Shown here one piece after another: positions 27,327 through 32,000 of a stretch of 32,000 nt of DNA. The DNA lies in the NCBI GenBank assembly GCA_039809905.1, contig JBDHVY010000001.1:450001-482000 (forward strand), given 5' to 3'. The DNA comes from Candidatus Babelota bacterium. Lineage in GTDB: Bacteria > Babelota > Babeliae > Babelales > Vermiphilaceae. Both the position numbers and the translations under genes were made by a program. Every line of letters begins with the position of its first letter. Position 1 is the stretch's first letter. A model generated the notes under the pieces. That model searched no databases. It saw nothing but the letters and a program-made list of their open reading frames with translations, and was not told the origin of the DNA.

Positions 27327-27986
27327 ATGAAAATTTTTTTAGATACCGCAAATACTGAGTTCATTACACAATGGGCTCACTCTGGTCTTATCGATGGGGT
27401 TACTACTAATCCAACGCACTTGAGTAAAGAAAGTAAAAATCCAACCGATCAGATTCTTGCCATATGCGACATGCTGCCACTAGGTATCATCAGTGTTGAA
27501 GTTGTAGAAACAAAACCAGAAGATGTATACATACAAGCTCGCCGTATCGCATCATTATCAGATAATATTGCCGTAAAAATTCCCTGTCATCCACGCTATT
27601 ATTCCGTTATTAAAAAACTTGTTGAAGAAGGAATTATACTTAATATTACGTTGGTGTTTTCTCTTACACAAGGTCTTATGATGTCAAAACTAGGAGTTGA
27701 TTATATTTCTCCTTTTATAGGCAGACTTGATGATAATGGGGCCGATGGTATTGAATTGATTCGACAACTACGGCATATGCTTGATTGGTATGGATTTGAG
27801 ACTCAATTACTCGCTGCATCAATACGCGATACACAGCATCTTGAAAAAGTTATTATGGCTGGCGCTGATATCGCAACAGTACCCACCACCGTATTTGAAC
27901 AATCACTCATACATCAATTAACTGATGCTGGTATGGCACAATTTTTAGCTGATTGGAAAAAATTAAACATCAGCACATTTCCTTAA
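27327..27986 (+). CDS. Transaldolase / fructose-6-phosphate aldolase family protein
   Basis: MKIFLDTANTEFITQWAHSGLIDGVTTNPTHLSK..., AVKIPCH, GIILNITLVFSLTQGLM, YISPFIGRLDDNGADG, AASIRDTQHLEKVIMAGADIATVPTTVFEQ. Track start 27261 lies within the VKOR gene; ATG 27327 is the family-consistent start. Confidence 0.93.
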   Translation: MKIFLDTANTEFITQWAHSGLIDGVTTNPTHLSKESKNPTDQILAICDMLPLGIISVEVVETKPEDVYIQARRIASLSDNIAVKIPCHPRYYSVIKKLVEEGIILNITLVFSLTQGLMMSKLGVDYISPFIGRLDDNGADGIELIRQLRHMLDWYGFETQLLAASIRDTQHLEKVIMAGADIATVPTTVFEQSLIHQLTDAGMAQFLADWKKLNISTFP

Positions 27987-28002
27987 GATATATTATGCGA
28001 AT

Positions 28003-28037
28003 TCATACCCCATACTCATTCTTCGCATGGGAACCCC
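28003..28037 (-). repeat. Partial inverted copy of the dispersed G/C-rich element, copy 4
   Basis: Reverse complement reads GGGGTTCCCATGCGAAGAATGAGTATGGGGTATG, matching GGGGTCCCCGTACGAAGAATGAGGACGGGGTATA of copy 3; only the 3' half is present. Confidence 0.7.
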
Positions 28038-28071
28038 GGCTAAGAGCAGCTAAGCTGAGAATAGGATAAAC

Positions 28072-29196
28072 ATGCGAATTTTCTTTGTAACCAATAATTA
28101 TACTCCTTATGCAGGTGGCGTTGTACAATCAATTACTGCAATTACACAAGCACTTCAAGCCGAAGGACATGATGTTTTTATTATTACGCTTACTTTTTTA
28201 AAAACACATAATGATCCAGCTTACGTTATCAGAATACCGTGCCCCATAAGATTTATGTTTAAAAAGAATTATATGGCAATTCCATGGAGACCAACTCATG
28301 CCATTATGGATCTTATCGAAAAATATAAACCAGATATTATACATATTCATCATCCTTTTTTATTAGGAACTAGTGCACTTCGTGCTGCAAAAAAATATAA
28401 TATTAAGTGCATTTTTACGTATCACACTCTTTACGAACATTATGTACATTATGTACCGCTACCAAAAATCATCATTCAACCGCTTATGCATCGATCCATA
28501 CAAATATTTTGTAATCAAGTTGATGCTATTATTGCACCAAGTACAAGTATTAAAAATTACCTGTTATTACAAAACATCACAACACCTATAACGGTGATTC
28601 CAAGCCCTTTGCGCAACATTTTTACCTACAATACACACAATGTTTTAAAAAAAAACAATGATCAGTATTTTGAATTACTACTTGTTACTCGTTGTACACC
28701 GGAAAAAAACATTCCTTTTGTTTTTAATGTTTTACAATTACTACCGCTGCATTTCAGGCTCACCATTGTCGGCTATGGCTCTGAGTATGAAAGATTACAA
28801 ACACTAGCTTTTGATACATTATGCATAAGCAAAGAACGCATACAATTTATTCACAAACCATCAGAAACTGATTTGCTCAGCATATATCGAGTATCGCATC
28901 TTTTTATTTTTCCTTCGCAAACAGATACGCAAGCAATCGTTCTTGCAGAAAGTATGTCACAAGGAATACCTGTTATAGCATTAGATGGGCCAGGACAGCG
29001 AGATATTATTATTAATAGAGTAAATGGTTTTATTACTACTAATGCAAAAGAAACAGCTGAGATCATTTTAAAGATCTCAGCTGATAAAAAATTCTATGAT
29101 TATCTTGTTTCAGGAGCTCAAGCAACTGCGCATAATTATCATTCATCAATAATCATACAAAAACTGCTCATGCTCTATAATACAATTAAAATATGA
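28072..29196 (+). CDS. GT-B fold glycosyltransferase (GT4-like)
   Basis: MRIFFVTNNYTPYAGGVVQSITAITQALQAEGHDVFIIT; HIHHPFLLGTSAL; VVTRCTPEKNI-like LVTRCTPEKNIPFVFNVLQLLP; LFIFPSQTDTQAIVLAESMSQGIPVIALDGPGQRDII. Confidence 0.92.
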   Translation: MRIFFVTNNYTPYAGGVVQSITAITQALQAEGHDVFIITLTFLKTHNDPAYVIRIPCPIRFMFKKNYMAIPWRPTHAIMDLIEKYKPDIIHIHHPFLLGTSALRAAKKYNIKCIFTYHTLYEHYVHYVPLPKIIIQPLMHRSIQIFCNQVDAIIAPSTSIKNYLLLQNITTPITVIPSPLRNIFTYNTHNVLKKNNDQYFELLLVTRCTPEKNIPFVFNVLQLLPLHFRLTIVGYGSEYERLQTLAFDTLCISKERIQFIHKPSETDLLSIYRVSHLFIFPSQTDTQAIVLAESMSQGIPVIALDGPGQRDIIINRVNGFITTNAKETAEIILKISADKKFYDYLVSGAQATAHNYHSSIIIQKLLMLYNTIKI

Positions 29197-29199
29197 CAA

Positions 29200-30009
29200 T
29201 CATTTATGAATTTTGGATTCTAGAGCCCTTCTTAGCAACTTATCATAATTAGCTAAAAATTGCTCATTTTGACCAAAAGTCGCCACAGATCTTGCCATGC
29301 GACAAATAGAAGAAAAAGACATAACAGCAGCATCAGCAGAAGATATATGAAGTGTACTTTTTTGATTCATCATCACGGCATATAATCCTCTAGCCAGAGG
29401 ATAATTTCTTCTTAATTGATCATTATATAACAAATTAATAGTACCTTGCACATCATCCTTTGCAATACCTTTTTCAAATGCTATTTCTAAATCTTGTTGC
29501 TCACAAAACTGAAAAAATTTTGAGTAAAAAATCCGTGTTTTTGCATCCAATTGCTTTGAAACATCAACATTTCTCTTTGTTGTTAGCGTTTTTGACTGTT
29601 GTCTTATAGGTATTGTTTTTACCGGTGCTTTTGATACTGAACCCAGGAGCTTGCCAGGCTTGCCTGTTTCTGATTCTTCTGATAGTGGCGCTAATAATGG
29701 GCATACCATACGTGGAGCTTCTTGTTGAACAAAATAGGTAGGCTTTGACAAAGAAGGAGCTCTAGAAAGTTTATCATTTGCCTTTTTTTCTCTTTTTTCT
29801 TGTTCCTTCGGCATTGGAGGCAATTGTGACATTAAAGTAAGCAATGAACCTTTTTTACCCTCTGAAAAAACAGGTTTTGATACCGAATCTGCAAGTAATG
29901 ATCTGCGAGTATTATCTAGCGATCGTCCTTGTCTTGGATTCTTCATTGTTAATGATACACAAGGCATAGCAAATAATAAGAATATGATACTGTATTTAAT
30001 GTTATTCAT
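29200..30009 (-). CDS. Hypothetical secreted protein
   Basis: 269 aa; leader MNNIKYSIIFLLFAMPCVSLT; Ser/Pro/Lys-rich N-terminal half and a more globular C-terminal half; 3' end 3 bp from the convergent glycosyltransferase gene. Confidence 0.75.
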   Translation of the reverse strand: MNNIKYSIIFLLFAMPCVSLTMKNPRQGRSLDNTRRSLLADSVSKPVFSEGKKGSLLTLMSQLPPMPKEQEKREKKANDKLSRAPSLSKPTYFVQQEAPRMVCPLLAPLSEESETGKPGKLLGSVSKAPVKTIPIRQQSKTLTTKRNVDVSKQLDAKTRIFYSKFFQFCEQQDLEIAFEKGIAKDDVQGTINLLYNDQLRRNYPLARGLYAVMMNQKSTLHISSADAAVMSFSSICRMARSVATFGQNEQFLANYDKLLRRALESKIHK

Positions 30010-30024
30010 ACGTGTTCCAAATAG

Positions 30025-30912
30025 TTAGCTATTAGGTTTTTTAGCAAAAGAATCTACAATATTTTTAGCTGTTCCATCATAAGTTCCACCAGAATTTTTT
30101 TTGGTGGCATTCAATTGCATATTTTGTGATCTCTCGGTCATACGCTTAGGATTCTGTTTATGAGCTTCACGCGTTATTGCTGGTTTATTCGCAGAATATA
30201 AATGTGCAGTCTTAGGACGCGAAGTCTTAACAGGAGTAACAATATTTTGATCTGCAGGAGTATAAGCAGGAACATCTGCTAGAACTGGTTGTTTTGATGT
30301 TTCTTTTTTTCTTCTTATAGTTTTTTCTTTTGGAAATGCTTTTGATAATTTTGGCACAACAACCACTTCTTCTTCAAGAAAACAGTCTTCTGCATTCTTT
30401 ATAAAAGCATCTTTTGCCGCTAATTGCTGATTTGTTTGTTCATTGTATACTTCTTGTTCTGCCGCCCTTTTTGCATTCAATTGATTTTTTCTGAGTTGTT
30501 TCTTTAAATCTTTTTCTGCTTGTATATCTCGTTGCTCTTTATCTTCTTTACGTTTTTTTTGCCCATCCGCAAAGTATTGCTGAGCTTCTTCATGGCGTTG
30601 AAATACTACAACATCCTGATTAGCACGAGAAACACTCTTTGGCTTTTCTGTCTCTCTTGCTTGTGAATTAAAACGGACACGTTGTTCTTCTTCGACTATT
30701 CTTTGCAGATGATCCAGCGATTGGGCAATAGGATGATCTTTGTCTTCTTTTTCTTGTTTGCGAGCATCTTTCAATATAATGACTCTAGACTCTTTATCGC
30801 TCTTTGATCTTGTTGCTACCTGCGTTTTCTCACTGCCAAGCACACAAGAAACCGTTGCTATCATCATCAAAGCACACAAAGCTGTATGTTTTTTTATAGT
30901 TCCAACCAACAT
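30025..30912 (-). CDS. Hypothetical secreted, highly charged protein
   Basis: Track start is 30993, but ATG 30912 follows a G-rich RBS (cGGGGGGGttatattATG) and gives a better leader MLVGTIKKHTALCALMMIATVSCVLGSE. Rest is E/K/Q/R-rich, low complexity. Confidence 0.75.
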   Translation of the reverse strand: MLVGTIKKHTALCALMMIATVSCVLGSEKTQVATRSKSDKESRVIILKDARKQEKEDKDHPIAQSLDHLQRIVEEEQRVRFNSQARETEKPKSVSRANQDVVVFQRHEEAQQYFADGQKKRKEDKEQRDIQAEKDLKKQLRKNQLNAKRAAEQEVYNEQTNQQLAAKDAFIKNAEDCFLEEEVVVVPKLSKAFPKEKTIRRKKETSKQPVLADVPAYTPADQNIVTPVKTSRPKTAHLYSANKPAITREAHKQNPKRMTERSQNMQLNATKKNSGGTYDGTAKNIVDSFAKKPNS

Positions 30913-31156
30913 AATATAACCCCCCCGAAAATATATACGATAAATAAATGATAAATAGAGTAGAACAAACAATGAACTACTATTGAATAGCATACTATAT
31001 TTTTAAAAAAAAACATCAAAAAGAAATCATTTACCTCAAAAACAATAAAAAAAAGACCATTTTATTATTTATTTCTATGCAAACCCAAAGAAATAAATAG
31101 CAAACAGTCATAAAATTTGATATATTACGTAAAAAGAATAACTTTATGGGGGTTTT

Positions 31157-32000
31157 GTGTCTTTATTTAAACTTCATACACCATTTCCACCAGCAGGCAG
31201 CCAGCCGGAAGCCATTAAACAGCTCCTGGAAGGTCGTCCTGGTATCTCAACTCTTTTAGGCGTTACTGGCTCAGGAAAAACCTATACCATCGCCAATGTT
31301 ATCGCTCAGCAAGATAAGCCTGTTTTGATTTTAGCTCCCAATAAAACCCTTGCTGCTCAGCTTTATGAAGAATTTTCACAATTCTTTCCTGAAAATAAGG
31401 TTTGTTATTTCGTCAGTTATTATGATTATTATCAGCCTGAATCATATATGCCTGCACAAGATATTTATATTCCTAAAGAAACAAAGGTAAATAGCGAAAT
31501 TGAGCGATTACGCCTTGAAGCAACAGCATCGCTTATTAATCGTAAAGATACTATTGTTATAGCTTCTGTTTCCTGTATTTATTCCCTTGGCAACCCTAAC
31601 GATTATCGAGATCTAGCATTGTCTCTTTCAGTAGGTCAAAAAATAACTCGTGCAGAATTATTGCGGCAACTTATATTTATTCAATACACCCGTAATGATA
31701 TTGAGGCCGCATCAGGCAGGTTTTCAGTGTTTGGAAATACAATAGACGTACATTTACCCTATCAAAAGGATAAACTTCGTATCGAGCTATTTGGCGATGA
31801 AATTGAAAATTTGCTATGGGTTAGCAAGCAGAATAATACCGTCATGCGCGAACTTGATAACACCATTATTTTTCCTGCAAAACACTTTGTAACAACAGAA
31901 GAAAGAAAACAAAGTGCGCTCGAAAGCATTCAAACAGAGCTTGATGATTGGCTACCACAGGTTGCAAATCCTATTTATCACGAACGCATCAAGCAACGCG
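31157..32000 (+). CDS. uvrB: UvrABC system protein B (5' part, runs off window)
   Basis: GTG start with GGGGG RBS (tatGGGGGttttGTG): VSLFKLHTPFPPAGSQPEAIKQLLEGRPGISTLLGVTGSGKTYTIANVIAQQDKPVLILAPNKTLAAQLYEEFSQFFPENKVCYFVSYYDYYQPESYMPAQDIYIPKE..., SVSCIYSLGNP. Not listed in the ORF track. Confidence 0.96.
   Translation, partial: MSLFKLHTPFPPAGSQPEAIKQLLEGRPGISTLLGVTGSGKTYTIANVIAQQDKPVLILAPNKTLAAQLYEEFSQFFPENKVCYFVSYYDYYQPESYMPAQDIYIPKETKVNSEIERLRLEATASLINRKDTIVIASVSCIYSLGNPNDYRDLALSLSVGQKITRAELLRQLIFIQYTRNDIEAASGRFSVFGNTIDVHLPYQKDKLRIELFGDEIENLLWVSKQNNTVMRELDNTIIFPAKHFVTTEERKQSALESIQTELDDWLPQVANPIYHERIKQR

Noticed and set aside
27261-27986. Track start of the transaldolase ORF at 27261
   Set aside because: The extra 22 residues overlap the VKOR gene and precede the conserved MKIFLDTAN start at 27327.

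Overview
AT-rich 32 kb window from what looks like a small, host-associated bacterial genome. Many predicted proteins have signal peptides, there are ankyrin-repeat proteins and a eukaryote-like glycosyltransferase, and the gene style suggests Dependentiae/TM6 or a similar lineage; that taxonomic guess is inference only. Recognisable genes are: type II secretion/type IV pilus components (gspG-like partial, gspF), priA, orn, a double-length Ddl-type D-alanine--D-alanine ligase (two Ddl modules in one ORF), two adjacent P-type cation ATPases, four ankyrin-repeat proteins (three of them tandem paralogs), stand-alone LigD phosphoesterase and LigD polymerase genes, a VKOR-family protein, a transaldolase/fructose-6-phosphate aldolase family gene, a GT-B glycosyltransferase, and the 5' part of uvrB. 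The most noteworthy observations are: (1) a dispersed, hairpin-forming G/C-rich intergenic element present in three good copies plus one inverted partial copy, each immediately upstream of a gene, with a compensatory base-pair change; (2) a secreted protein resembling the eukaryotic collagen beta-galactosyltransferase domain; (3) a fused Ddl-Ddl protein whose second half has lost apparent catalytic residues; (4) a split LigD PE + Pol operon, with a fragment of the PE gene start stranded between two ankyrin genes as a duplication footprint; (5) a truncated paralog remnant next to a GC-rich multi-hairpin islet; (6) paired P-type ATPases differing at the TM4 ion-binding motif. No tRNA, rRNA or CRISPR array was recognised.
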